Source: an uncultured Gemmatimonadales bacterium
Lineage (GTDB): Bacteria; Gemmatimonadota; Gemmatimonadetes; Gemmatimonadales; Gemmatimonadaceae
Direction of reading: 5' to 3'
Length of the DNA stretch: 64,000 nucleotides
Assembly (NCBI GenBank): GCA_963793305.1
Contig: CAWBZV010000002.1
Location: 64,001-128,000, forward strand
Shown: positions 40,318-51,635 of the stretch, piece after piece
How positions within the stretch are numbered: the first letter of the stretch is position 1
Layout: every line of letters begins with the position of its first letter
Made by a program: the position numbers and the translations under genes
Notes under the pieces: model-generated
Databases searched by the model: none
The model's input: only the letters and a program-made list of their open reading frames with translations
What the model was told of the DNA's origin: nothing

Positions 40318-41502
40318 GTGCCCGCGTTACCCACCGTGCTCGACGCGCGCGAGGCCCTGCGGGCGCTCGCGCGCGATCGCGGTGATCTCGCCGTGCTCTA
40401 TCTCAACTTCGTTCGGGGCTCGAAGGTCGAGGAGATCTACGGTTGGGAAAAGTTCGATGCAGTCATGGACACGGTCGCGGCGGCCCTGCTCGACCTCGTC
40501 CCCGGCGACGCGCTGGCACTGTCCCTCCATCCCTTCGACGATAACTTCGCGATCGTCCACACATCCGCTCGCGATGCATTGGACGTCGAGTCCCGCGTGG
40601 TCGGCCGGATCGAGGCGGCCCACGGAGAAGAGATTGCGGCCTTGTGCGAGATTGTCGCCGGGCGTTCCGAGGTGCGCGCCGATCCCCGCATTCGGTTCGA
40701 GCGAATCATCTATCGCGCCATTCGCGAGGCGGCGGGTGCCGCGAGAAGCGTGGAGCAACAGGAGCGCTTGCGCCGCATCGCCGAGCTCAAGGAGAGCATC
40801 CGCGAGCGCGCGATCTATATCGATTATCACCCCATCGTCGTCGCGGCCAGCGGAGCCGTCTTTGGATACGAGGCGCTCGCGCGCGGAACCCGACGTGGGC
40901 TGCGGCGTCCCGAGCTCATGTTCGAGATCGCGGCCGAGGCCAATCTCATCTGGGAATTGAGCCGCCTGTGTCGGACGACGGCCCTCGATGGCCTCGATCG
41001 GTTGGGCCCGGGCGAGCTGCTGTTCCTGAACGTCGACCCACACGACTTCGCCGACCCGGATTTCGACTTGCCGGGCGATCCCCATCGCTTGGTCATCGAG
41101 ATCACCGAGCGGATCGCGATCAAAGACTATCCCCGGTTCCGCGAGCGCCTCGCCGCGTTCCGCGCTCGGGGGATCCGCGTGGCGGTGGACGACGCCGGGA
41201 GCGGCTTCGCGGGACTGGGGTCGATCGCGAATCTCGAGCCCAATTTTATCAAGTTGGATCTCTCACTGATCACCGGCATCAATGCGAGCTCGACCAAGCG
41301 ACACCTGGTCGAGACGATGGTCCGGTTCGCGAACGAGCAGGGCGCGATGGTGATCGCCGAGGGAGTCGAGCGCGCCGAGGAGTTTGCCGAGGTGCAGCGG
41401 CTCGGCGTGCATCTCGTGCAAGGGTTCTTTGTCGATCACTCCGGTCCGACCATCAGCCGGTCGACGAGGGCGAGCGACCGTCTGGCCGCGCCGAGTCCCT
41501 GA
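40318..41502 (+). CDS. EAL-domain c-di-GMP phosphodiesterase with degenerate GGDEF-like N-terminus
   Basis: YEALAR, FLNV, EITE, VDDAGSG, IKLD, AEGVE, QGF. Confidence 0.88.
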   Translation: MPALPTVLDAREALRALARDRGDLAVLYLNFVRGSKVEEIYGWEKFDAVMDTVAAALLDLVPGDALALSLHPFDDNFAIVHTSARDALDVESRVVGRIEAAHGEEIAALCEIVAGRSEVRADPRIRFERIIYRAIREAAGAARSVEQQERLRRIAELKESIRERAIYIDYHPIVVAASGAVFGYEALARGTRRGLRRPELMFEIAAEANLIWELSRLCRTTALDGLDRLGPGELLFLNVDPHDFADPDFDLPGDPHRLVIEITERIAIKDYPRFRERLAAFRARGIRVAVDDAGSGFAGLGSIANLEPNFIKLDLSLITGINASSTKRHLVETMVRFANEQGAMVIAEGVERAEEFAEVQRLGVHLVQGFFVDHSGPTISRSTRASDRLAAPSP

Positions 41503-42659
41503 CGGACGGTCTCTCGGGCGGCTTCGCCGGCTTGCTCGTTGGCGTGCAGTCTCGCGCGAAACTCCGTCGGCGACCGCACGATAAAGCCGCCCCCAGCGGC
41601 GAGCAGGAGGCCTGCGTCACGGCTCGCATAGTGCCGGGGTCCGAAGAGCACGGGGACACCGAAAGCAGCAGGCTCCAAGACCGAATGCAGCCCCGCGCGG
41701 CCAAACCCGCCGCCCACGTAGGCCACAGTCGCGCGAGAGTAGAGTCGCGCCAAGACACCGACGCTGTCGACGATGATGAGATCCGCCGCGGTCGCGCCGG
41801 ATGATAACCGGCTCGACGGCACTTTGTGGGATGCGGCCCACGTCTCAATGTAATGCACGTGTGTCGGGGTCGGCTCGTGCGGAGCCACGATGAGTCGCAT
41901 CCCACTGCCGAGCCATCCCTCGAGGACGACGCGCTCGTCGGGTGGCCATGTCGAGCCTGCGACGCATATGGATCGCCCCGCGAGCTCCGGGAACGCGCCC
42001 GCCGCGTCGGCGGCCATTCGCCAGACTTGATCGTAGCGCGTGTCACCTGTGATCTCGATCACATCCGGACGGACGCCGATCTCGACGAGGCGCCGCGCAT
42101 CGGCCGAGTCGATGGCGCCAACGGCGTCGAGCCTGGCATATGCATCATGGAGAACGGCTCTCGCGAAGATCGACCGTCGGGACGACCGGGCGCTGAGCGT
42201 CGCGCTCAGGAGTCCGAGTCGCACCCCTCGGAGAGACGCGCGCTCGACAAGCACGGGCCACACGTCGAGCTTGCTGAATACGAGCGCCGAAGGCATGAGT
42301 GCATCCAGCGCCGCGTCAATGTCGCTCGCGCGGTCGAATGGGAGGTAGTCCGTGAAATCGACGGGGAGCGAACGAGAGAACCGTTCAGCACTCGGAGAGT
42401 AGTACGTGAACGCGATCTGGACCGCGGGTCGCTCGGAACGGATGAGCTCGACGATAGGTCGTGCTTGCAGCGCTTCGCCGACCGACGGAGCGTGGATCCA
42501 GAGCAGCGGACGGCTCGTATCTCGATGAACAGTCGCCCACGCGCGGTAGCGGTCGATGAGACCGGCGCGAGCTCCGAGTGCTCTCAGCCACTTGGCCTCG
42601 GAGAGCGTCGCCGCTACTCTGGCTATACCGGCGTACGCGGGGCGGAGAAGGGGATGCAA
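41436..42659 (-). CDS. waaA: 3-deoxy-D-manno-octulosonic acid (Kdo) transferase
   Basis: WIHAPSVGE, YLPFD, GDTRYD, AGSTW, APHEP, GGGF, HSVLEPAAFG. Confidence 0.92.
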   Translation of the reverse strand: MHPLLRPAYAGIARVAATLSEAKWLRALGARAGLIDRYRAWATVHRDTSRPLLWIHAPSVGEALQARPIVELIRSERPAVQIAFTYYSPSAERFSRSLPVDFTDYLPFDRASDIDAALDALMPSALVFSKLDVWPVLVERASLRGVRLGLLSATLSARSSRRSIFARAVLHDAYARLDAVGAIDSADARRLVEIGVRPDVIEITGDTRYDQVWRMAADAAGAFPELAGRSICVAGSTWPPDERVVLEGWLGSGMRLIVAPHEPTPTHVHYIETWAASHKVPSSRLSSGATAADLIIVDSVGVLARLYSRATVAYVGGGFGRAGLHSVLEPAAFGVPVLFGPRHYASRDAGLLLAAGGGFIVRSPTEFRARLHANEQAGEAARETVRQGLGAARRSLALVDRLMVGPE

Positions 42660-42662
42660 CCG

Positions 42663-43334
42663 CTACTTGGCAGCCAATGCGGCGTCCAGTGCGCGCCGGA
42701 AGTTGTCCGTCGGCTGGGCGCCGGCGATCAGTTTGCTCCCGATGATGATCGTGGGGGTCGATTGCACACCCGCTCGTTCGGCCCGATCCTGATCGGCCCG
42801 GATCATGGCCAGTGTGGCGTGCGTCGAACGGCAGGCATTGAACGAACGGGCATCCAGGCCCACTTTCGTCCCAAGGGAATCGAAGACCGGCGAAGGATCT
42901 TTGAGGCCCGCCCACGTTGCCTGAGAGGCGAACAACGCGTCGTGCATCGGCCAGAACTTGTTCTGCGCGCCCGCACACATCGCCGCCTCGGCTGCCGGGA
43001 CGGCGTTGGGATGGATGGTCAGCGGGAAATTGTAGTACGCGAGACGGACCTTCCCGTTCTCGACGTATTCGCGACGCAGAGCGGCAAACGACTCGTCATG
43101 CCATTGTTTACAGTAGGGGCACTGGAAATCACTGACCATGATCATCCAGACTTTCGCCGTCGAGTCGCCGCTGATGCGTGCGGCGTCGATGCGTTGCGTG
43201 AAGCTGTCCGCCGGGACAGCCGCTCGCGCCGCGACGATGGCTCCCGCGGTCGCACCGTCAAAAGTGGTCGTGGCGCCGCTCGAAGAATTGCAGGCAATTA
43301 GCGCGAGGAGCGCGGTGTGCAGTTGACGATTCAT
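42663..43334 (-). CDS. DsbA/BdbD-family thioredoxin lipoprotein
   Basis: Lipobox LIAC; SDFQCPYC; GVQSTPT; GAQP. Confidence 0.9.
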   Translation of the reverse strand: MNRQLHTALLALIACNSSSGATTTFDGATAGAIVAARAAVPADSFTQRIDAARISGDSTAKVWMIMVSDFQCPYCKQWHDESFAALRREYVENGKVRLAYYNFPLTIHPNAVPAAEAAMCAGAQNKFWPMHDALFASQATWAGLKDPSPVFDSLGTKVGLDARSFNACRSTHATLAMIRADQDRAERAGVQSTPTIIIGSKLIAGAQPTDNFRRALDAALAAK

Positions 43335-43406
43335 GGTTTTCGAATGAGTTTCGATCAAAAATCATATCCGTCTTGCGCTTACCCCAGCAAGGGAGCACGA
43401 GGACCT

Positions 43407-44534
43407 GTGCGATCAACGCTCGCGGTTGCTCTCTTGTGTGCGAGTCTTGGCGGCGCGGCCCGCGCTCAAGAGACATTCTCGCCTACCATGCAGTTCGGCA
43501 CCGGGTTGATCAACGCGCCGACCGCCTGGATCTCGCCGTCGACGGCGGACTTCTGGATCGACTACTCCGGCCAGCGGATCCCGTCGACCAACCAGCCCCT
43601 GAGCTTCGCGCACGGATGGAACGGGAACGGTGCAATCGAGACCCAGTGGCTCGGCCGCTTCTCGCTGGGCTTCTCGCTCTACAGCAACAATCCGGAATAC
43701 GGGTTCTTCGGATCGCTGCTGGCCCTCAAGGACGGACAGTTCTCGCCACTGCTGCCGGCGATCGCCGTCGGCTTCCGGAACCTCGGGCCCTTCGACCACG
43801 AGGACCGGTTCCTGATCGGGCACGACGTCACGGTCGATACGGTCGGCAACACGCACGGGTTCACGCCGTCGTATTTCGCCCATTTCCATACCAGCCCGAC
43901 GCTCTACATCGTAGCGACGAAGTCGATCAACTTCACGCCGCTGTTCTCCGCGAGCCTCACCCTTGGCGGCGGCGACGGGTTGTTCAGCGACGACGGCGGC
44001 CTGGGGCAGATCTATGACCGGCACGGACAAACGGTCAAAGGCATGTTCTTCGGGACGCAGCTCCAGTTCCACCCGACCAGCGTGGCCAGCATCTCGTTCG
44101 TGGCCGAGAACGACGCGTGGAACTACAATGCCGGGATCCGTGGCGAGTTCCATGGGATCGGCATCGGGATCTATGGCACGGAGCTCGAGGAAGGGAGCAC
44201 GAAGCGGCCGAGCGACTTTCTGATCTACAATTACACCAAAGCCAACTTTGTCGTCTATTATCACGCGAATTTCCGCGACGTTGGCCGGGGCGTATTCCTG
44301 CGCAGTGAGATCACGCAGCTCGAGCACGAACAGACCGAGCTCAAAGCCGAGATGGCGCGGCGCGAGCGGCGCATCCACGATCTCCAAGTCTCCCTCGGCA
44401 AGCTCCAGGGGTCGGCCTTGAGTGACGTGGAACGCCAGCGCCAGGAGCTCGAGGCGCAGCTCAAGGAAGAGCAGGATCAGATTCGTCGGGCCAATGAGCG
44501 GTTGCAGCAACTGCAGGGTGGGAAACCCCAATGA
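43407..44534 (+). CDS. YjbH-like outer membrane beta-barrel with C-terminal coiled coil (paralogue 1)
   Basis: GAGGA RBS then GTG; signal peptide; GTGLINAPTAW; amphipathic strands; about 70-aa heptad tail. Confidence 0.65.
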   Translation: MRSTLAVALLCASLGGAARAQETFSPTMQFGTGLINAPTAWISPSTADFWIDYSGQRIPSTNQPLSFAHGWNGNGAIETQWLGRFSLGFSLYSNNPEYGFFGSLLALKDGQFSPLLPAIAVGFRNLGPFDHEDRFLIGHDVTVDTVGNTHGFTPSYFAHFHTSPTLYIVATKSINFTPLFSASLTLGGGDGLFSDDGGLGQIYDRHGQTVKGMFFGTQLQFHPTSVASISFVAENDAWNYNAGIRGEFHGIGIGIYGTELEEGSTKRPSDFLIYNYTKANFVVYYHANFRDVGRGVFLRSEITQLEHEQTELKAEMARRERRIHDLQVSLGKLQGSALSDVERQRQELEAQLKEEQDQIRRANERLQQLQGGKPQ

Positions 44535-45733
44535 AATTGACGTCAGCACTGGTCGCGGGTCTGGCTTTGACCGCTGCTGTGGCGAGTGGGCAAGAGGAGT
44601 TCGGCCAAACGCGCTTCTGGGGATCGGGATTGATCGACATCCCCACCGCCTGGGTCGAGCCGGTCTCGGGTGACTTCTCGTTCAACTACAGTGGTTCGTC
44701 CTACCAGACCTCGTCCCAATTCCCCCAGTACAACTCGTCGCTGAACTCGAAGCTCAGCCTCAACACGTCGCTGTTCAGCCGCCTGCAACTCGGCGTCTCG
44801 CTGTTCTCGACCAACCCCGAGCAGGCGTTCTATGGCCAGCTCGTGGCGCTCCGGGAAGCCGACACGAAGGGGGGACCGCTCGCATTCCTCCCGTCGCTCG
44901 CGATCGGGGTCCGGAACATCGGGCCATACAGCAAGATCGACCGGTTCGGCCTCGGCTACTCGAACGAGATCAACCCGGCCGGCGGCACCGCTCCGGTGAT
45001 CCGCGCCGACTCCACCCATCAGTCGTTCTCGACGGGCAACACGGTCTACGGAGTCGCGACCAAGAACGTCTCACTCCAGGATCTCATAGCGACGGCGCCG
45101 CCTGTGAACCTCAGCGCCACGGTCGGCTACGGGAATGGCTTATTCAGCAATCACGGAAACCTGCCAACGAAGTACTATGCCGCGGATGCGACCGGTGGCC
45201 TGTTTTATGGTCTCGCCGCGACGTGGCGCCCGTCGACAAACGTCCTGTTTTCCGTCATGGGCGAGAACAACGCCTGGGACTTCAACGCGGGTGCGTCGGT
45301 CGACTGGCGCGGGCTCCGCGCCGGGATCGACGTGATCGACCTCGGCGGCGGCAGTCAAAAGATCAATCCCGCGATCCCGGCCACCGCGCTCTATCATTAC
45401 ACGAAATTCGCCTTCACCCTCGGCTGGCACAGCAACGTCTTTGCGCTCCTCGGCGGGCATCTCCTGGAGGATCGCGCGGCTGCCCTGAAAAAGGAGCGGG
45501 ATGGGCTCCTGGCCGATATCTCCAAGCGGCAAACCCGTATCGCCGAGTTGCAGGGGCTCGTCAAGCAGTACGAAGCTCAGAATCTCCTGGAGCTCGAGCA
45601 GCGGAGAGCCGCGGCTCAGACCCAGTTACAACAGGAAACCGAGGCGCTGCGGCGGCTCGAGGATCGGCTGAAGCGTATCGAATCGCAACAAGGCTCGACC
45701 CCTCCTCCTCCGCAAACGTCGACCCCTCAATGA
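44531..45733 (+). CDS. YjbH-like outer membrane beta-barrel with C-terminal coiled coil (paralogue 2)
   Basis: GSGLIDIPTAW, AIGVRNIGP, ENNAWDFNAG shared with paralogue 1; coiled-coil tail. Confidence 0.65.
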   Translation: MKLTSALVAGLALTAAVASGQEEFGQTRFWGSGLIDIPTAWVEPVSGDFSFNYSGSSYQTSSQFPQYNSSLNSKLSLNTSLFSRLQLGVSLFSTNPEQAFYGQLVALREADTKGGPLAFLPSLAIGVRNIGPYSKIDRFGLGYSNEINPAGGTAPVIRADSTHQSFSTGNTVYGVATKNVSLQDLIATAPPVNLSATVGYGNGLFSNHGNLPTKYYAADATGGLFYGLAATWRPSTNVLFSVMGENNAWDFNAGASVDWRGLRAGIDVIDLGGGSQKINPAIPATALYHYTKFAFTLGWHSNVFALLGGHLLEDRAAALKKERDGLLADISKRQTRIAELQGLVKQYEAQNLLELEQRRAAAQTQLQQETEALRRLEDRLKRIESQQGSTPPPPQTSTPQ

Positions 45734-46431
45734 CACGGGCGATAATTTGGAGCGTCGCGCTGCTGCTCGGCCTGGCCAGTCGCCAGGCCCGGGCGCAGGA
45801 TACGACGAATACCCAAACCTACCCGGAGCGTCGCAAGGCGATCCTCGACGACATCAAGTCATCGCAGCGCAAGCTCGATGACCTTCGGGTCGAGCGGCTG
45901 CAGCTCGAGTCACGGGTCGAAGCCGTGGCGGGCAAAGTCGCCGAGCAGCGCGTCAATGCGCTGCTCATGAGCCGGGAGACGTACGCGCTTCGGCAGCTGG
46001 ACTCGCTGTTGACCGTCTCACAGGATGTCCTGCTCGCCCAGCGCGACCGGTTCCTGACGCTCGGCGACGCCGTCCGCCGGCGGGCGGGTGCCGAGCTGGT
46101 GATCGTGTTCCGAGCGGATTCGGCGTCGACCCTGACCCAGCGCATCGACAGCGCGTCGGTCAGGATCGACGACGGCGCCGGCTCCTCCCGCGTGTACTCG
46201 CTGCTCGCCAACTCGGCGTTGGCGTCGGGCGCCGTGGACGAGCTCTATCGGTCGAACGTGCTCCCGTCTCCCCACACCATTTCGGTGACCGTGGGGCTCA
46301 ACGGCGGAACGCAAACGCAGTCCGTCCGCGTCGACGCCGCCGCTGGCGCCTCGACCTACGTGCAGTTCGCCGTCCGGAATGGACAGTTGGTACAGACGAC
46401 GTGGTCGAACAAAGACGCCTCTTCGCACTAG
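45730..46431 (+). CDS. Secreted coiled-coil plus beta-sandwich protein of Glt-like clusters
   Basis: Signal peptide; coiled coil; IDSASVRIDD...ALASGAVDELYRSNV...HTISV; ATGA overlap. Confidence 0.65.
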   Translation: MTRAIIWSVALLLGLASRQARAQDTTNTQTYPERRKAILDDIKSSQRKLDDLRVERLQLESRVEAVAGKVAEQRVNALLMSRETYALRQLDSLLTVSQDVLLAQRDRFLTLGDAVRRRAGAELVIVFRADSASTLTQRIDSASVRIDDGAGSSRVYSLLANSALASGAVDELYRSNVLPSPHTISVTVGLNGGTQTQSVRVDAAAGASTYVQFAVRNGQLVQTTWSNKDASSH

Positions 46432-48569
46432 GGCTCGCGCTCATCGCGCGAGTCGTCGTTCCAGCGCCGGTCGTCGCGCAGCAACCCGCGACGCCGGCGC
46501 CGGTGCCTGCCGTCCCGAGAGATACCACCGTCATTCCGCCGCTGGACAAAGGCCGCGCGGTCGACGCTGAGATCCGATCGGCACTCTATGCGCTCATGAC
46601 TGGCGACGCGATCGCCGCGCTCAGCCGACTGAGGCCACTGGATCCAGGCACCGAGTCGGCCGAGCGCCACTTCCTGATCGCGGAGTGCTACTACCGCCTG
46701 GGAATGGACGACAGCCTCCGGACAGAGGCGGCGACATTGGCGGCGATGCCGGAAGCCGCGCGCTTCCAGCCGCTTCTGCATGCGCAGCTGCTGCTCGCCG
46801 ATTATCGCGATGGCGACTACGCGCGGGCCGTCGATCAGGCGCGCACGCTCGGACCCGACCAGAGCGGCATCACGTCGCTGCTCGCCGGACTCGCGGCCTA
46901 TCGCCTCGGCCAGGAGCCGGCCGCGAGAAGCGCCTTCGAGGCGGCCCAGGCGACGAGCGGTCCGTACAAGACGTATGCGCAGTACATGTTGACGCTGATG
47001 AGTCTCAAGGCCGACACGGCCCATGGTGTCGCGACGGCTATGCTGGCGCTCGACTCACTCGTCCCCACGGCCCAGAGCCCCTCGTCCGATCAGTTGCACC
47101 TGACGCTCGCGCAACTCGCCTACGAGGGCACCCAGTACGACCGCTCCGCGACCGAGGCCGGCCTTGTGACCGCGACGAGCGGGCTGCGAGCGCCGGCCCT
47201 GCTGACTGGCGCGTGGGCGGCCTATCGCGCCGGCAAGCCGCAGCAGGCCGGCGATCTCTTCGCGACGTACGCGCACGACTATCCGGAGCTGCCCACGCGC
47301 GACGAAGGCCGCCTGATGCACGCCCAAGTCGCTCTCCAGTTGCACCAGGATGACTCGGCCGCGCGCGCCTTCAAGGCGGTCGCCGATTCGGTGTCCGCCG
47401 AGGCCCAGGGTCTTGGCGCCAATGCCTCCGGACTGCGCGGCGGCGCGCGTCTCCTGGTCAATGCGCGCGTCGCCGACGTGCTGCTGCTCGGCGACGTGGC
47501 GGGCGGCAAGGCGGTGAGGTTCCCGGACCTCGCGGTGGGCGGCATCAATGCGTTGCGCATCGCCGTTGGGGATGCCCCGACCCCGACCGTTCCGAGTCCG
47601 ACCCCCGTCTCGGTCGAGACGCTCTCGCAGCGTCTCGACGCCGCCGGCATTGACTCGGCCGGCGCGGCGAAGGGTGGCGTGACGGCCGGAGCACCGCTCC
47701 TCCGGCGCGCCGTGTTCATGCCAACGTCCGATGCCTCACGCGGGGATCTCGCCAAAGGGCTGGCGACGTTGCGCGACGCCGATGTCGGCGTGGCCACGGC
47801 CGATCAGGCCGTGCGATCCGAGAACTCGAACATCCTGCTGCAGGTCGCGAACCTCAAGCGCATGCGCGAGATGATCCAAGGGGCGCAAGACAGCTTGCGC
47901 ACCGGGTTTGGACCGCTCGCCATTGCCGAAGACTCGCTGGCGCGGGTGACCTCGAATGTGGATACGGCCTACTTCACGCTGCATCGGCTGATCGGCGCGA
48001 CGGTCACGGATCTCCGCGACCTGGCGAACGAGAATGCGACAAAGCTCGATAGCGTGCAGCACTCGCTGCAGGCATTGGCTTCGACGGCGGATCTCGCGTA
48101 TCTCCAGCAGGAGCGTGAGACGAACGCCATCTACCGGCGCATCGCCGACGAGGTCGACGCCGGCCTCGACTCCGCGATCGCCCACAATCCCGCGTTCGCC
48201 CTGCGCGACACGGTGCGCCAGCGTGGCGAGCGCACGCGCGCCCTCATCGTGCAGACGCGTGCCGCCGGTGCGGTGGCCGCCGCCGCGGTCGACAGCGCGC
48301 AGGCGCGGGTGGAGCGCGGGCCGTCCGAGACACGCCTCGCACTGCGCGCGGCTCTCGTGGCCGCCCAGGCCCGCCGCGACGCAGCCGCCACGGCGCTCGT
48401 CGTGACCGTCGATCGCGAGCTCACCGCTCGCGGCATCGCGCTCGCCGCGGCCATGCGTCGCGATCTCGAGGCCGCGGAGTTCGGCTCGGCGACCGCCTCG
48501 TTCTTCCGCGCGGTCGCGGCCGATAGCACGGCAAGCCCGGCGGCGGCCCCCTCGGGAAGCGCGCCATGA
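46401..48569 (+). CDS. Secreted TPR plus coiled-coil protein (GltC-like)
   Basis: Signal peptide, Pro-rich linker, TPR-like repeats (FLIAECYYRLG, LLTGAWAAYRAG), helical C-terminal half. Confidence 0.7.
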   Translation: MVEQRRLFALGLALIARVVVPAPVVAQQPATPAPVPAVPRDTTVIPPLDKGRAVDAEIRSALYALMTGDAIAALSRLRPLDPGTESAERHFLIAECYYRLGMDDSLRTEAATLAAMPEAARFQPLLHAQLLLADYRDGDYARAVDQARTLGPDQSGITSLLAGLAAYRLGQEPAARSAFEAAQATSGPYKTYAQYMLTLMSLKADTAHGVATAMLALDSLVPTAQSPSSDQLHLTLAQLAYEGTQYDRSATEAGLVTATSGLRAPALLTGAWAAYRAGKPQQAGDLFATYAHDYPELPTRDEGRLMHAQVALQLHQDDSAARAFKAVADSVSAEAQGLGANASGLRGGARLLVNARVADVLLLGDVAGGKAVRFPDLAVGGINALRIAVGDAPTPTVPSPTPVSVETLSQRLDAAGIDSAGAAKGGVTAGAPLLRRAVFMPTSDASRGDLAKGLATLRDADVGVATADQAVRSENSNILLQVANLKRMREMIQGAQDSLRTGFGPLAIAEDSLARVTSNVDTAYFTLHRLIGATVTDLRDLANENATKLDSVQHSLQALASTADLAYLQQERETNAIYRRIADEVDAGLDSAIAHNPAFALRDTVRQRGERTRALIVQTRAAGAVAAAAVDSAQARVERGPSETRLALRAALVAAQARRDAAATALVVTVDRELTARGIALAAAMRRDLEAAEFGSATASFFRAVAADSTASPAAAPSGSAP

Positions 48570-51500
48570 GACGCCTCGCGCTGGCCCTCGCGCTCCTCGC
48601 CGCTACTCGCATACTGGCGCAGACGCCGACCGCCACTCCCGTCCGACCGGTCGTCGCGAGAACGCGGCCGGCGACGATCGCGGACTCGGCGATCGTGCAG
48701 CTCGAGTCGCTCCTGCAGCGCTATCCGGATAGCCCGCTCAGACCGGGCGCGTTGTACGAGCTCGGCGAGCTGTTGACCCGTCGGGCCGACGAACGATTCG
48801 CGGCGTCCCAGCGCGTCGACACGACGTCCTCCGGCGCATCGCACCCCGACTATACCGACGCGATCGCGCGCTACGAGGAGATCGTTAAGCGTTTTCCAAC
48901 GTTCGATCAGATCGACGGCGCCGCCTACACCCTGGGCACGCTGTACTCGTTCGACCAGCGCTACGCCGACGCCGTCCCGATGTTCGAGCTCGTGGCCTCG
49001 AAGGACCAGTCGCCGCACAAGCCGGAGGCGCTGTTCCGCCTGGGCGATGCCGAGTTCGAAATCGCGGCGAATCAGAAGGGCGACGCGCGTCTGGCATCGT
49101 TCGGCAAAGCCGCCTCGGCGTACGAGCGCGCCTCGGCTGCATCTCCAGCCAATGGCGATGTCTACTTTCTGTCGCTGTACAAGCTCGGCTGGGCGTACTA
49201 CAACACGGCAACGCCGCAGAACCCCGCCGGGTACAATCAAGCCGTCGAGGTCTTCGGCCGTCTGGTCGATGCGTACGACAAGCTGACACCCGAGCGCCAG
49301 CAACGACTCGGCTTGCGGGAAGAGGCGATCGAGTACATGGCCGTGTCGTTCACGCAAGTCGGCGGCGCGGCCGCGGCCGATAAGTTCTTCGCGGCTCGCT
49401 CGGACAGCGCGTCGCTCAAGATCCCGGTCTTGCGGCGAGTCGCGGCACGGCTGCGTGACCAAGGCGACTTCGCGAAGGCGGTCGACGCGTATCAGGAGCT
49501 TTTGGTCGAAGCACCGGACGACTCATCCGCGCTGAGTACGTCGCGCGAAGTCATCGATATCTACCAGAACCGCACGCTCGAGCCGGAGAAGGCCCAGGCC
49601 GCGCGTATCGCGCTGGTGCAGAAATTCTCGCCGGGCTCGTCGTGGACGGCCGCCAATCCCACGCACGCGAAGGATGTCGAGGCCGCGCGCGAGGAAGTGC
49701 TGCGCCAGAGTGCCCAGTACGAGCTCGCCAAGGCGCAGGGCACCCCCACGCAGCTCGCGCAGGCGCCCAAGCGGCGCACCAAGGGGAAGACGGGCGCGAC
49801 ACCGGCGCAGGAGGCGGTCGCCGTCACGCCGGCGGCGCGCGAGCACTACACCGAGGCCGCGCGTCTCTACGCGATCTATATGTCGGACTACGGCCAGTCC
49901 GACAGCGCCCGCGAGGTGGACATTCACTACGCGGACGCGCTCTATGGCTCCGGCGATTTCCGGAAGGCCGGCACCGAGTACACGCGCGCGGCATTCAATT
50001 TCCCCGCGGATACGTTCCAGACGAGCATCAAGGCGGCCAACCAGCAGTCGGCCCAGAACGCGATCGTCGCCTGGGACTCGGTCACGGCTCACGACACGAC
50101 GGACCGTGCGTCGCAGGACTCGCTCTTCGCCGCGGTCGACAACTATGCGACTCGCTACCCACACAGCGACGTCGCGAAGAAGGCGTTGATCGAGAAGGGT
50201 CGTCGCGCGGCGCAAGGCGGACGGTGGGACGTTGAGGCGCAGACCTTCCGGATCTACGCGTTGCAGTATCCGAACGATCCGTACGCCGCGACCGCCGCCA
50301 AGCAAGTCGGCGACGCGCTCTACAAACAGGGCAAATACGCCGACGCCCAGCTGCAATGGGATTCGGCCGCCGCCACGGCGCGGGCCACGGGCCGGCGCAC
50401 GTTCGCCGACTCGATCAACGGCGTCCAGCAAGGCGCGGCATCGTCGTATGCCGACTCGTTGATCAAGGCCGGCGCGTACGACAAGGCCGCGAAAGAGGTG
50501 TACATCGCGCTCGCCGACAAGAATCCGTCGAGCGAGAAAGCGCCGGATGCGCTCCGCAACGCGATCGAGACGTATATGCTGGCCGATAGCGCCGCGCGCG
50601 CGAAGAGTGACCAGAACGGGTCGCAGGCCGCCCGCGTGCAAGCCGCGAGCTTGTCGAATCGCCTGATTACCGAGTACCCGCTCTATCGCTATCGGCTGCA
50701 GTATCAGACGCTGCACGCGGATCTGCTCGAGGAGATCGGCCAGGGCGATCAGTCGGTGACCGCGTTGCGTCAGATCATCGCCGACAATCCGTCCTGGCGC
50801 GGTCGCGCGGACGCGGAGATCAAAGTCGCCGTGCGGCTCGACTCATTGGGGAAGGGCAAGGAAGCCGCCGCGGCGTACCAGCAGTTCGCGGCCGACTATC
50901 GCCAGGATCCTCGCGCGGCGGACGCGCTGTACAACGCGGCGGTGACCTACGTCCAGGCGCGAGACACGCTGGCGGGCGCCGCGGCCTACGGGACCTTTGT
51001 GGATCGATTCCCGAAAGACTCGCGAGCCGCGCAGGCGCGCGTGTATCGGGTGCAACTGTTGAGGGCTGGCGGGGACAATGCGACGGCGGACGCGGATCTC
51101 AACAGACTCTGCAGTCTGCTTAATCCGCCGGCGGAGTTGAAGGGTGATTGCGCCGCGAGGGCAGGGCGCTCCGCGTTCGATGCCGGCCTGGCCGAGTTCT
51201 TGAGGTATCGCAATGTCAAGCTCGTGATCGCGACGAGGGCGCAGCTCACCGCGGCCGGCGTCAAGCGAGCGGCGGCGTTGAAGCAAAAGAATGCTCGGGA
51301 CGGTCACGGGTGATTTCACGAAAGCCATCGAATCGGGTGATCCCCAGTACCTGGCGGCCGGCTCGTACTACGTCGGTTACGCGCAGTGGGAGTACGGCAA
51401 CTTCTTGAAGAACGTGCAACTGCCCAAGTCTTTGAGTGACGCCGAACGCACGGCTGCCGCCGCGGGAGCCGGGCAGCAGGCGCAGGCGTACTACACGCAG

Positions 51501-51635
51501 GCCGAGAAGACGTGGACCGCGCTGGTCGACAAGGCCACGCAGGACGGCATCACGAATGCGTGGATCGACCTCGCACGCGATGGCACAACTGGCAAGGTAC
51601 CCGATCTGCCTCCAACGCCCGGTGGTCTCAAATGA
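48566..51635 (+). CDS. Large periplasmic TPR protein (GltD/AgmU-like; one +1 frameshift near 51290)
   Basis: Many TPRs (ALYELGEL, EALFRLGD, LYKLGWAYY, LREEAIEYMAVSF, DALYNAAV); ORFs 48566..51313 and 51291..51635 join by removing one A. Confidence 0.75.

Noticed and set aside
51281..51292. Programmed ribosomal frameshift in the TPR gene
   Set aside because: No canonical slippery heptamer; same pattern as five other single-base insertions
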